From IMG/VR virus record IMGVR_UViG_3300024239_000013, positions 62,001 through 126,000 of that record: DNA of 64,000 nucleotides. One strand, given 5' to 3'. The notes beneath the pieces are model-generated. The model saw nothing but the letters and a program-made list of their open reading frames with translations, made no database searches and had not been told where the DNA came from. Position 1 is the first letter of the stretch; the number at the start of each line of letters is the position of its first letter. Below are positions 21,863 through 31,710 of the stretch, in pieces. Position numbers and translations under genes: made by a program.

Positions 21863-22914
21863 CTATTTTTTAAATCTATTAAAAGAATTGACGGTGATCA
21901 AATTCCATTTAACTTTACCTATAAAATAATTAAGACTCCTTGAATTTGTGTAACTCATTGCAGAACTTAAATAGCTTTTTAAGTTATCAACCCATCCGTT
22001 GATTGTATATTCAACCGGCTGCATTCTAGTAACACCCTCGCTAGTTTTAAGTACAGTTTTACCCATTGCTAACTGTGCCTCCTTGGTACTCATTCCTCTG
22101 AACTTCTTAAACATTTTGGTTCCGAAGTTAAATAGCTGTTCAGTTTCCTTGGAGTATTGATCTACTCTTTCTCCAGGCTCTGTCCACCCTTCTTTTTTAT
22201 TGTTTGCAAGATATGTTTCCCCGCACTCTCTAGAGCTTTATTTAATATAGACCCAAGCATAATATAATCTGCTCCTAAAGCCAATCCTTTAATAATATCA
22301 GAATAACTTTTAAATCCACCATCAGCAACTATTTTTGAAGGATTCGTTAGAGATTTTTTAATTCGATAACACTCATCAATTAGTGATGCCATAGGATAAC
22401 CGATACCTGTCTGAACTGTAGTAAGACATCCTCCCCCATTACCAATACCAATTCTAATATAATCTGCTCCGGCATCTGAAAAAATCTTATATGTTTCAGG
22501 ATAAGCAACATTCCCGACCATTAATACTAAATCTTCTCCGTACATATCTTTGCCTTTTTTGACTAGATCTAGTAATTTAGTCATATGGCCGTTAGCTATA
22601 TCGATAAGAATATAATACTTTCCCTCTCTCTTATTTTTAATAAAGAGTTCTTCGAATTGGTCCATTCCAATAGCTCTAAAAAAATCGAAAGATGTATTTT
22701 CTAAATTGGAATCAGAATATTCGGTCCTTGGCATTATTACTTTGATTCCTGCTTTAAGGAAGAAATCTTTATTTTCTTCACAAATTACAGTATCCATAGG
22801 TGCTGTAAAAAGGGGAAGATATCCATCCTCATATAAAACATTAACTTCTTTTCTTGAAGTAATTTCGCTAATCGTAGCGGGAGTAATTAAAATATCATCA
22901 AAATCAAATTTCAT
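21863..22914 (-). CDS. GMP reductase/IMP dehydrogenase family, frameshifted near 22219
   Basis: FDDILI, APMDTV, DIANGH, GIGNGGGCLT, ADGG, GADYIMLG in 22162-22914; FRGMST and LKSYLSSAMSY in 21863-22114; adding one G at the G run joins them. Confidence 0.85.
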
Positions 22915-23780
22915 TTATTTAGTTTTTTTTAAGTAATTAACAACTGATTGTAATTTATCCGCATCCTTTTCGTTAAAGATGAATTCATCAAAAGCACCAT
23001 AATTACATTTTCTCCCGAAAATATACATTAAGCCGTATTTTAATCTTTCAAAGAAAGGTCTTTTGTTTAGATGTATATGAAAATAACACATTGGATGTTT
23101 TACCCCATTAATATCATCATCGCTATATAAAATAATCATTTGATGTTCAGTCGAATAGCAACTACACAAAAGAATGTCTTTTTTATCGGTCATTTCCGAT
23201 TCTTTTAAAAAATCTGTTTCCTCCATTTTCTTTTATATTTTTATTTATTTTTTTTTATTAATTCTCCTCGTACACATCAAACCCATCTTGATCATAATGA
23301 TATTCGCAACAAGGATACGGTCTTCCTTTTTCGTCTATCTTTTGCCAAGCTTTTTTCTCATAGCTAACCCATATCCAATCAACACCTTCAATTCCAATTG
23401 GATGATCCTCAGATTCCAATGGGGGATCGTATGAATATGGGTCGATGTATCTATGACCACATTCACATTCTCTATTTACACAATCGTCGCATACATATGG
23501 ACTGCTTCCGTCTCTGTATCCTGGAACGTAACACCATACGGCTAATTTTCCGCAATCACACAATATTTTTTCTTTATTACCAACTGTCAACATCTGTTAA
23601 ATCTAATTCTGTTTTTGTTAAATGACTATATACCGATATTTCCAAACCTATAGAATTGGGTGTTATTTTCCAAGTAAATGTTCCATATTCACCATAAATA
23701 GCCTTAATGTGACTAATCCATTCCTGATATAAAGAATTCTGCTTATCGGATAATTCTGCATGAATTACCTTATTATTCAT
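22915..23780 (-). other. three small hypothetical CDS (22915-23226, 23258-23593 Cys-rich, 23577-23780)
   Basis: ORF track. Confidence 0.55.
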
Positions 23781-23794
23781 CTTGATTAATTTTT

Positions 23795-24469
23795 TTATTT
23801 CAACTTTTTAGATTTGATAACTTCATCAATTATACCATATTCAACTGCATCTTCTGAGCTTAACCAGAAATCTCTGGTTGCATCATTTTTTACCTGTTCG
23901 GCAGTTTTTCCACAATATTCGCCAAGAAGCTCAAATAAAATCTCATTGTATTTTTTCCACTCTAACATATCAATTTCTGCGTCTTGTATGTTTCCGCTAA
24001 ATCCACCGCTGGATTGGTGAAGCATAACCTTACTAAATCTTAGTGAGGCTCTTTTACCCTTAGTTCCTGCTCCCAATAAAACAGATCCCATTGAAGCTGC
24101 CATTCCTGTATTCACTGTTACTATGTCGGATTTAATGTAACCCATAACGTCAACCATACTAAGTCCAGATTTAACAGATCCTCCTGGTGTGTCAATATGC
24201 ATTGTAATGTCTCTATCATCAACAGAATCTAGAAACATAAGTTGTGCTTGTACAACGGTAGACATGTCGTCGTTAACAACTCCCGCAACCCAAAGAATTC
24301 TATCCATCATTAACCTATCAAAGACTGTCATCTGAGTAACTCTAAGCTGTCTCTCCTCGAGAATCATAGGAGTCATTGATGACTGGATTTTTTTGTCATA
24401 ATAATCCAATTTCATAGAACTTATTCCGCTGCTCAGAGCATATTTTTTAAATTCCGCTGATGTATTCAT
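23795..24469 (-). CDS. clpP: ATP-dependent Clp protease proteolytic subunit
   Basis: DRLMMDRI, TPGGSV, GMAASMG (Ser), MLHQ (His), RDFW (Asp); start moved to MNTSAEF. Confidence 0.93.
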   Translation of the reverse strand: MNTSAEFKKYALSSGISSMKLDYYDKKIQSSMTPMILEERQLRVTQMTVFDRLMMDRILWVAGVVNDDMSTVVQAQLMFLDSVDDRDITMHIDTPGGSVKSGLSMVDVMGYIKSDIVTVNTGMAASMGSVLLGAGTKGKRASLRFSKVMLHQSSGGFSGNIQDAEIDMLEWKKYNEILFELLGEYCGKTAEQVKNDATRDFWLSSEDAVEYGIIDEVIKSKKLK

Positions 24470-24491
24470 ATTTAATCTATATTTTGTTTTT

Positions 24492-24896
24492 TTAATAATG
24501 TAAATCAATAAATAAAAAATCCTGATCGTCTTTATAGCTAACACAACTCCAAGCAGGATGATATTGTTCTTTCAGCTCATCCCCAATCTCAATAATATTC
24601 GATAATGGATCCTCGATATCATATTCAGGTTCAAGACCACATTCTCTTCTTTTAGATTCTTTTAAAAGATTTTCATTCATTTTTTTTGCTGAATGATAGG
24701 TAACACCTTCCTTTAGATAAACCCCCCAATCATTTCTTTCGAAATAAAAGTCCTCAACCCTCTGTATCATTATTTTTGCGTCATCTGGGATTCCATTTTT
24801 CTTTACGAATTCCTTTAGCCCACCAACAGTCAAATGCTGTTTATAATTCTTAATATCTTCTTTTGTGAGTTTTTTAATATTATTTTTATTCCTCAT
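24492..24896 (-). CDS. hypothetical protein
   Basis: ORF track. Confidence 0.55.
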   Translation of the reverse strand: MRNKNNIKKLTKEDIKNYKQHLTVGGLKEFVKKNGIPDDAKIMIQRVEDFYFERNDWGVYLKEGVTYHSAKKMNENLLKESKRRECGLEPEYDIEDPLSNIIEIGDELKEQYHPAWSCVSYKDDQDFLFIDLHY

Positions 24897-25291
24897 TTTT
24901 TTCTAAATTTAACATAGTTTTCTAAATATGAGGAGATGTTTTTTCCTCCTGCAGGATTCATAGAATGAACCAAATATTCAGGAAGATCCAAATCATTATC
25001 TATACAATAATCAACCAACCACTTTGCACAATCTAACCCAGTTTTTTCTTTAAATCTTTTGTACAATTTATTATAAGAACCCCCGTACATTTTTGGAGAG
25101 TAATGCTCATCAGCGAGGTCATGATCAAAAGAAATTATCTTAGGAAGACCTTTTTTGATGATGTAATCAACAAACTCGTCATAGTTTCTAACGATTACCC
25201 ATTCCAATTTAGAATATATTGGGAGCTTCATATACTTTATACAGTCATAAGGATGTCTAAAATCATCCAGAAATAAATTGTAATTCATCAT
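24893..25291 (-). CDS. cyclic-phosphate-processing receiver-like domain protein
   Basis: LFLDDFR, SFDHDL, TGLDCAKWL, HSMNPAG. Confidence 0.8.
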   Translation of the reverse strand: MMNYNLFLDDFRHPYDCIKYMKLPIYSKLEWVIVRNYDEFVDYIIKKGLPKIISFDHDLADEHYSPKMYGGSYNKLYKRFKEKTGLDCAKWLVDYCIDNDLDLPEYLVHSMNPAGGKNISSYLENYVKFRKK

Positions 25292-25302
25292 TATTTTTCC
25301 GT

Positions 25303-26425
25303 TTATTTTATTTTAATAAATAAATTTCCTGATTCTATAGAGGAAATACACAATAAATATTCAACCAATGTGATTTTTTTATTGTTTATTTCCATGTAAA
25401 TTGAGTTTAGAAGAACTCTATCACTAAATGTTCCACCAAATTCGTCACACTTTAGAATTATCTTAGTGTTCTTACCAAAAATCTCTGTTCCGAGGTCAGT
25501 TAAAAGATCCCTTGAAATATTAAAACTTATAGTTTTATGTGCATATCTAGCAAATACCCTTAGAATAGATCCACGAAGTTTTGTTTTAAAGATTTCCAGA
25601 ATTGGGGATTCTCCTAGCTCTTCATAGCTCATATTATAATTTTCGAGATCCTCTTTTTTTATATTGAAATCTATGGTAGGCATATTATCTGAACCAGTTT
25701 ATCATACCATCCCACATTGCATCTCCGTGATTTATAGCCCCAAAATCGTAAAATTCCTCAATTCCAGATTCATCAAAATCCCTATCTTCTTCTGTGTAAT
25801 ATTCGGATTTTTCTAGAGTTTCTATTGGATTTTTTCTTTCCTTGTAATATTTCCACCATTCTTCTTTAGAGATATTCTCATAATCTGGATATATTGAAAT
25901 TTCACCGGGATTATATAGACTAGGTTTAACCTTAGCAGGAAGACCATAGTACCATATCTTTCTGTCAGTCTCATTTTCAGGGTTTATGAAATTGTAAGGA
26001 TGTTCTAATAGTTCTATAGTTAAAGCTTGAGCTTTCGACATTGCATAACCAAGATCTCTAGAAGCAAATGAATATATCAATTTACCATTTGCATAGATTT
26101 CACATTTACCATTAGCCCTTAAATCATATTCATCCCACTTATGTTTCAGATAATTATTTTGTTTATATCTGATTTCCCAACAAATTCTATTATTGCCTTT
26201 ATTTATATAAGGAGTAAGTTCTCTTTCGAAATTAATCTCACCTCTTACAGGTTCTTCTGTGTGATCTAGCCACCAAGTTGTTGGTGAATCATTCATTTCT
26301 CCTAATACATGGTGATATCCGTCTATGTCGTAAACCGTACATAGTCTATCGTCCAAATATACGTCAAAAGCTTTTCTTACTTTATATTTTTCCCTTGCTT
26401 TGCTTATAGTTAAATATTTCCCCAT
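25303..26425 (-). other. two hypothetical CDS (25303-25683, 25685-26425)
   Basis: ORF track. Confidence 0.55.
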
Positions 26426-26429
26426 ATTT

Positions 26430-26849
26430 TTATAATTCTATTTCAAATCTATCTTTCATTTTTCTTATAGATTCTTCAGGAACCTCGTGAACATTAGTTC
26501 CCCCGTGTCTGTTCTCTATAATTATACTAGTTACCATATAACCATATTCCTTTGCCAATTTGAAATATGGTTCCATTTCCCATTCTTGTGTAAATGTATT
26601 GGAAACTACTATTTCTGGATAATATCGAGAGTTTTGTTTATTCTCTTTCATTCTATTCTCAACCTCATTTCTACACCATTCATGTGCAGCTTTTAATTTA
26701 GAAGGATTGAAATTATATTCCCCAGTTTCTTTATCGTAGAAATATTTGTCAGCCTCGCATATTTCACAATCATTCCAAAGATGTCTTGCGAATGTAGATT
26801 TACCAGAGCCAGGTACACCTCTAATTAAAAATAGTGTAGGATTCAACAT
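26430..26849 (-). CDS. P-loop polynucleotide-kinase-like protein (AAA_33)
   Basis: RGVPGSGKST, EADKYF, VSNTF, NVHEVP. Confidence 0.82.
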   Translation of the reverse strand: MLNPTLFLIRGVPGSGKSTFARHLWNDCEICEADKYFYDKETGEYNFNPSKLKAAHEWCRNEVENRMKENKQNSRYYPEIVVSNTFTQEWEMEPYFKLAKEYGYMVTSIIIENRHGGTNVHEVPEESIRKMKDRFEIEL

Positions 26850-26882
26850 TTTTGTGGATTTTTTTAGATTTAATTTATTAAA

Positions 26883-27527
26883 TTAATTTTCCATGTGATG
26901 GTCTTTAGGTAGGACAAGAGTCTTTATTGGTCTGCCTTTTAAAATACCTAAGATCTCGTCTAGACTATATGGCTTTAAATCGTTACCATCAACTCCTACA
27001 TCCATTGCTCTCCCCGAATTTACCTTTAAATTAGGTGGAAGATGAACGTGTCCATGCAGATGTGGAACTCCCCTCCCCATATCTTCCCAGCTAGCAACAG
27101 GGAAGTGACTGCAGAAAAATTTGTATTTTTCAGTTTCTTTATCCCGAGGTCTTCTTATTTCTAAGATATCATAGAATGCAACTTCTTTGAATATCTCTTG
27201 AATACCTTCTCTATTATTTTTTATGTGATGATCGTGATTTCCAAGAAATATGATAATATTCTTACATTTTATTTGAGATCTAAATTGTTCTATGGATTCA
27301 AATCCACCAAAACTCCAATCCCCTAAGTGGACTAAATAATCATTCTCGTCAACATATAAATTTATTCCGTTAACAAGAGCGGAATTCATTTCCCCTAAGC
27401 TGTGGAAATCCCTAGTTCTGCTGGATTTATCACTCCAAGTTGAAACTCCTCGACAAATATTCTGGTGTGAATAGTGAGTATCGCTAGTAAACCAAATTTT
27501 CTGGTTCTTTTCTAATGTTATTTTCAT
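26883..27527 (-). CDS. calcineurin-like metallophosphoesterase
   Basis: SDTH, HLGD, GNHD, HLHGHVH. Confidence 0.88.
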   Translation of the reverse strand: MKITLEKNQKIWFTSDTHYSHQNICRGVSTWSDKSSRTRDFHSLGEMNSALVNGINLYVDENDYLVHLGDWSFGGFESIEQFRSQIKCKNIIIFLGNHDHHIKNNREGIQEIFKEVAFYDILEIRRPRDKETEKYKFFCSHFPVASWEDMGRGVPHLHGHVHLPPNLKVNSGRAMDVGVDGNDLKPYSLDEILGILKGRPIKTLVLPKDHHMEN

Positions 27528-27533
27528 AATTAT

Positions 27534-28631
27534 CTAATCTTCTGTTTTATTCCAAAATGGTTTTTGATATTTGGGTCTTATCATTTTCCAGATTTTTTCT
27601 GAATAGTCATTCCCATCATAGAACATAAATAAAATACTTGTTATATCTCTATCTTGTTCTTTTGCCCATTCTGCAAATTCCTTCCTTCCTTTATCTTTTT
27701 CAAAATCTGGTCTTTTTTCAAAGAAGCTCTTGTAAATATCGTTTACTCTTTCCTCTATTGATGAATAGTTATATTTCAATTCTTTTATTATTTTCTTCAC
27801 CCAAAGATCAAATTCATCAGGAACCCTATCCAAAAAATTACCAAGATCCTGTTTATTTTTTAAGAGCTCCCAGATATCCACATTCGAGAAGTTTGTCAAT
27901 AGTCTATGTAATCTAACATATTCCTCGCCTTTTATTTTCATTCTGAATCCGGAAGAAAATCTAATAACGAAACCCTCGGAATTTGAAGATATTATTTTTT
28001 TAAGCTCTTTGTAATTATTAAGACCGTCATATTTTTTAACTACTTTAAACCCTATAGTTCCTAGAATACCCTGGTTTTTTAAGTTCATTAAGCTTTTTTC
28101 GTCAGAGTGAATATCATATTCATATCCATCTAAATTATCAATAACTGAAAGTAAAATGATATCCTCAAAATCATAGCTAACAACTATTCGATTTTCTGGG
28201 TAGATAATCTCGAATAAATAAGTGCAATCTTTCAACAAATCCTTATAATGATATTTCTCCAATATAGATCTTCCCCTTATCGCTTGCTCTGAAGTGAATG
28301 ATCCTTTTGTAGCAAAATGCCATTCCCCTTCGTAATTGAAAAGTATACCCAAGGATCCGTCCATCTTCTCGAAAACATCAAAATTTTCGTTCGGAATATC
28401 GCTAGAATCCAATTCTTCTAAATTAAAGAATTTAGGAAATGTCCTTGCAACGACATTTCCTTCCCTATCAAGAACCGTCCCTCTCATATTAAGAGTGATT
28501 TCATCCCACTCTTTAGAGAATTGGCACTCTCTTGAATAGTTATAAATATCCAAAGGTAATGATGGATGAGAATTTTTTTCTAAAAGACCTCTTTCAATAT
28601 AGGAATTGAGAATATTTATATCGTATTTCAT
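27534..28631 (-). CDS. T4 Rnl1-like RNA ligase
   Basis: FPKFFN, EKMDGSLG, FEII, EGFV, KIKGEEY. Confidence 0.88.
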   Translation of the reverse strand: MKYDINILNSYIERGLLEKNSHPSLPLDIYNYSRECQFSKEWDEITLNMRGTVLDREGNVVARTFPKFFNLEELDSSDIPNENFDVFEKMDGSLGILFNYEGEWHFATKGSFTSEQAIRGRSILEKYHYKDLLKDCTYLFEIIYPENRIVVSYDFEDIILLSVIDNLDGYEYDIHSDEKSLMNLKNQGILGTIGFKVVKKYDGLNNYKELKKIISSNSEGFVIRFSSGFRMKIKGEEYVRLHRLLTNFSNVDIWELLKNKQDLGNFLDRVPDEFDLWVKKIIKELKYNYSSIEERVNDIYKSFFEKRPDFEKDKGRKEFAEWAKEQDRDITSILFMFYDGNDYSEKIWKMIRPKYQKPFWNKTED

Positions 28632-28930
28632 TTCATATTATTATAGTCGCAAATGTATGATATTATTTCGGGATTAAAAAAAATTAAAGATAAAGTTTTA
28701 CTTTTTTAATGATTATTTATATAAGAATGAATGCAGGTAACTTTCAATTTATATTTTATCCACATAACAATAACCATTTCAATTAAGGTCGTTTGTAATT
28801 TTAAATTTCAGAAAAGGAACGACACATACATCTATCAATTAAAAGTAATTCTAAAAAAAATTAATAGAATTTAAGATAGATATATTTTTTAAAAATACGC
28901 GTGAACAACTTCTATTTTCATATTCACGTT

Positions 28931-29236
28931 TTATCTGTAATATTTTTTCTTTAGATTAATTTCAAGCGTATCTGTAAATGTTTTATCGCAAACATTTACA
29001 TCATAATAACCAATATGCCATTCGTGTTTACCGTTCACGAAGTTATATCCATAGTGGTACCCAAATTTATTTTCAACGTGAGAATCGACACATTTTCCAA
29101 TAATCCTATATTCTCTACCGTTTTTAATGAAATTCGGTTTACGTGTAATTTCACATCCAACCAATAACGATAATGTCATTACATAGAAAAGTAATCTCGT
29201 ATTTAATACTTTATTATTGTTCAATAGTATTTTCAT
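28931..29236 (-). CDS. putative lipoprotein
   Basis: Hydrophobic stretch ending LVGC. Confidence 0.45.
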   Translation of the reverse strand: MKILLNNNKVLNTRLLFYVMTLSLLVGCEITRKPNFIKNGREYRIIGKCVDSHVENKFGYHYGYNFVNGKHEWHIGYYDVNVCDKTFTDTLEINLKKKYYR

Positions 29237-29238
29237 AT

Positions 29239-29676
29239 TTATTTGATTGTATTTTCGTTTATAAAAAAACCAAAATCAACTAAATCTTCAATATTTTTCA
29301 TGTTATCCCTAAATAAAAATTCAACACCTTCTTCATAGGAAATAAATCTTCCTATTGATATGTCATTATTGTGTACTAGATACCCATTTTTGTCTATTTT
29401 AAATCCTTTAAACAAAACTTTTTCTTTTGCTCTTAAATAATTATAAATTTCATCATTGTAGGCATCATCATAACCTTCAATATAATTTTCAGGTTTTTCT
29501 AAAACATTACCATCCTCGTCACAAGGAACAAACATTTCTAGTTTTAAAGATTGTTTTAGAAATTCCACATATCTTTTCACTGTATTAATATGTCTTATGG
29601 CTTCTTCCTGCGTTGGAATATTTTCTAATAATTCAAAATGATCTAAAACAAAATCAGAAATTGATATTAGTTTCAT
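29239..29676 (-). CDS. family D paralogue 1
   Basis: MKLIS...FLKQ.LKLEM..PCDED...KEKVLF shared with 30828-31208 and 37442-37882. Confidence 0.75.
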   Translation of the reverse strand: MKLISISDFVLDHFELLENIPTQEEAIRHINTVKRYVEFLKQSLKLEMFVPCDEDGNVLEKPENYIEGYDDAYNDEIYNYLRAKEKVLFKGFKIDKNGYLVHNNDISIGRFISYEEGVEFLFRDNMKNIEDLVDFGFFINENTIK

Positions 29677-29684
29677 AATTATCA

Positions 29685-29710
29685 CCACTTACTACAAGTG
29701 GGAAGTTTTA
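29685..29710 (-). repeat. gene-junction hairpin repeat AAAACTTCCCACTTGTAGTAAGTGG (copy 1 of 11)
   Basis: Other copies: 30528-30551, 31717-31740, 32110-32134, 32457-32484, 32876-32904, 37891-37914, 38528-38552, 38708-38736, 40150-40174, 41987-42009. Confidence 0.9.
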
Positions 29711-29713
29711 AGG

Positions 29714-29899
29714 TTAAAAAGGACAATATTCTTTTTTAGGTTTGTCCTGTAATTCTACATAATCTCTTTTTATTTTCTCTGAGATTGCTTTTCTTACAAA
29801 ATCTGAAACCTTTATATTTCTGGATTTCAATTTCTCTAAAGTTCTTTTTTGGGTAGCTGAAATTTTAAGCGTAAAAACTTCGGTATATAAAGGTCTCAT
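29714..29899 (-). CDS. small ribbon-helix-helix-like protein
   Basis: FTLKIS strand then helices (VSDFVRKAISEKI). Confidence 0.55.
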   Translation of the reverse strand: MRPLYTEVFTLKISATQKRTLEKLKSRNIKVSDFVRKAISEKIKRDYVELQDKPKKEYCPF

Positions 29900-29905
29900 A
29901 ATGAT

Positions 29906-29944
29906 TTTGTATTACTTTTTATTCGTCTATATAGATGTTATACG
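29906..29944. repeat. about 40-bp repeat TTTGTATTACTTTTATTCGTCTATATAGATGTTATA (also about 38760-38797, 40186-40222, degenerate 30564-30590)
   Basis: Direct comparison; always paired with a hairpin repeat. Confidence 0.85.
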
Positions 29945-30364
29945 CTATATTATTTTTCCCATCCTCTTTTCAAGTAATTGCGGATTTTCATAAATATTTC
30001 CTATTTTTTTATAAAGTCTATTTTCAAGTGGAAAAGTCCAGAACATACTTTCATCCAGTTCTTTTATATCCCCATCTTTATATTTCTCAAACTCATAATC
30101 TAACAAAGCTCCGAACATTCCCCATTCTTTAATCCAAACTACAACAGTAATATTTCCTTCTTTATCCTCAAGAATATCACTTTCCCATATAAATTTAAAT
30201 TCAGTGTCTTCAAATCCTGTCTTTTCCATTGCTATTATTTCAGCAAGATTTGCCCACTTATATTCTCCTGTTCCGTCTGGAATATAAAGAGCTTTTCCGT
30301 TTCCTACGATGGCATTGTATCTCATTTTTTTGCCATCCCATAATCTGTAATTAGGTCTTTTCAT
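29945..30364 (-). CDS. YopX family protein
   Basis: YRLWDGKKM, TGFED..IWESDIL, IGNIYENPQLL. Confidence 0.8.
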   Translation of the reverse strand: MKRPNYRLWDGKKMRYNAIVGNGKALYIPDGTGEYKWANLAEIIAMEKTGFEDTEFKFIWESDILEDKEGNITVVVWIKEWGMFGALLDYEFEKYKDGDIKELDESMFWTFPLENRLYKKIGNIYENPQLLEKRMGKII

Positions 30365-30365
30365 T

Positions 30366-30831
30366 TTATAATTTTTTAGTATTAATATTACACGCTTCAA
30401 CAGCATCTGTTAATCCTTGTGAATAACAACTATAACAAAGAGTTTTTAAATCAAATTCAGGCGTTTCTGGTTTAAAATCTTTAAACTTTGATTGAAATCT
30501 TTGTTCATCCAAATACATATTAATAAACACTTACTACAAGTGGGAAGTTTTAATATTAATTGTTTTTATTTCGTCTATTTTTGTGTTATAAGCAATTATT
30601 ACCAGACATTCGGTTAATTCTAATCTGTAGGTTTTCTCGCTCTTCATATAATTCCGACAAACGTTTATTGTAGTCAAAATCTTTGTTGGTTTCCATCGAA
30701 ACTTCAAATCTGTGAATACCATTTAAAACAATCGTTTCACCCTTTTTAATGCGAAAAATAACATTTATAGCACCATTTATTATTTCAACCTTGTTTTGCA
30801 TGTTGATTAATAATCTGTTTTTTTTTTTCAT
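30366..30831 (-). other. two small CDS (30366-30518, 50 aa, not in track; 30586-30831)
   Basis: Manual translation; the 30518 ATG follows a hairpin repeat. Confidence 0.5.
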
Positions 30832-31208
30832 AGTCCTATTTGTTTAATTGCTGATTCGGTTAAATAAATTGGTGTTATTGTATTAATAATATCTGATAAA
30901 GATTCTATTGTTGAGAATGTATTCACTAACCATTTAGCTTGAGCAATAGGTATATTTTCAAATAAAACTTTTTCTTTAGAATTATTGTATTGTATTTGTT
31001 TAAATTCTTTTTCACTTCCTGCATCTTTATCAGAAGCAAATGGATTATTTAAAATATTTCCATCTTCGTCACAAGGAAAAAACATTTCTAGTTTTAAAGG
31101 CTGTTTTAGAAAGTTAGCATATTTTACAATTGAATCTCTTTGTTTTATATCTGTAATATCTTGATTAAGAACAAAATCTGTCATTGATATTAATCTAAAT
31201 GTTTCCAC
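30828..31208 (-). CDS. family D paralogue 2, 5' end displaced by HNH insertion
   Basis: LISMTDFVL...FLKQPLKLEMFFPCDEDG. Confidence 0.75.
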   Translation of the reverse strand: METFRLISMTDFVLNQDITDIKQRDSIVKYANFLKQPLKLEMFFPCDEDGNILNNPFASDKDAGSEKEFKQIQYNNSKEKVLFENIPIAQAKWLVNTFSTIESLSDIINTITPIYLTESAIKQIGL

Positions 31209-31708
31209 GTTTTTCGGTTAATTATATTATATATATTACGATATGTTACTTTGTATTTTAGTGCAAGTTCAGTTGGTTTTAATGTTGAATTTCTAATTTC
31301 AATTATATCTTTTTCTGTTAATTTGCTTTGATGGTGTTTTTCACCTGTCATAGTATTTGAAATTGACTTTTTATGCTTATCTGTTATAGAAGTCCCTTTT
31401 CTAGCATTTATAAATTTTTCTGATACACCTTTATTAGATATACGTTTTTTAGACTCTAATCCTATTTTGTTTTTAGATTCTATTGTATGTTTATAGCCTT
31501 CTGGATGGTCATAATTATAATGACATTTTCTACAAAGCTTTATATAGTTTTCAACATTCTTTTCATGAAACTTGCCATTTATTAATGCATTATCCAATAT
31601 AGATTCTGTATCTCCACATCTTTCACAGGCTTTTATGTGTTTCATTCTTCTTCTAATCCAATCATGAATATTTCTATAATCTTTTGAGTTCGTTGATATT
31701 AGTTTCAT
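31190..31708 (-). mobile_element. HNH-type homing endonuclease-like gene with NUMOD3/HTH C-terminus
   Basis: HDWIRR..CERC..LCRKCHYNYD; HT.ESK.KI; SKLTEKDIIEIR..LALKYKVT..RKTWKH; 9-bp flanking duplication. Confidence 0.75.
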
Positions 31709-31710
31709 AA

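Noticed and set aside
29685-29710. Hairpin repeat as an intrinsic terminator or Shine-Dalgarno site for the minus-strand genes
   Set aside because: No U-tract follows it on the coding strand and it is not anti-SD complementary; termination of antisense transcripts is not excluded
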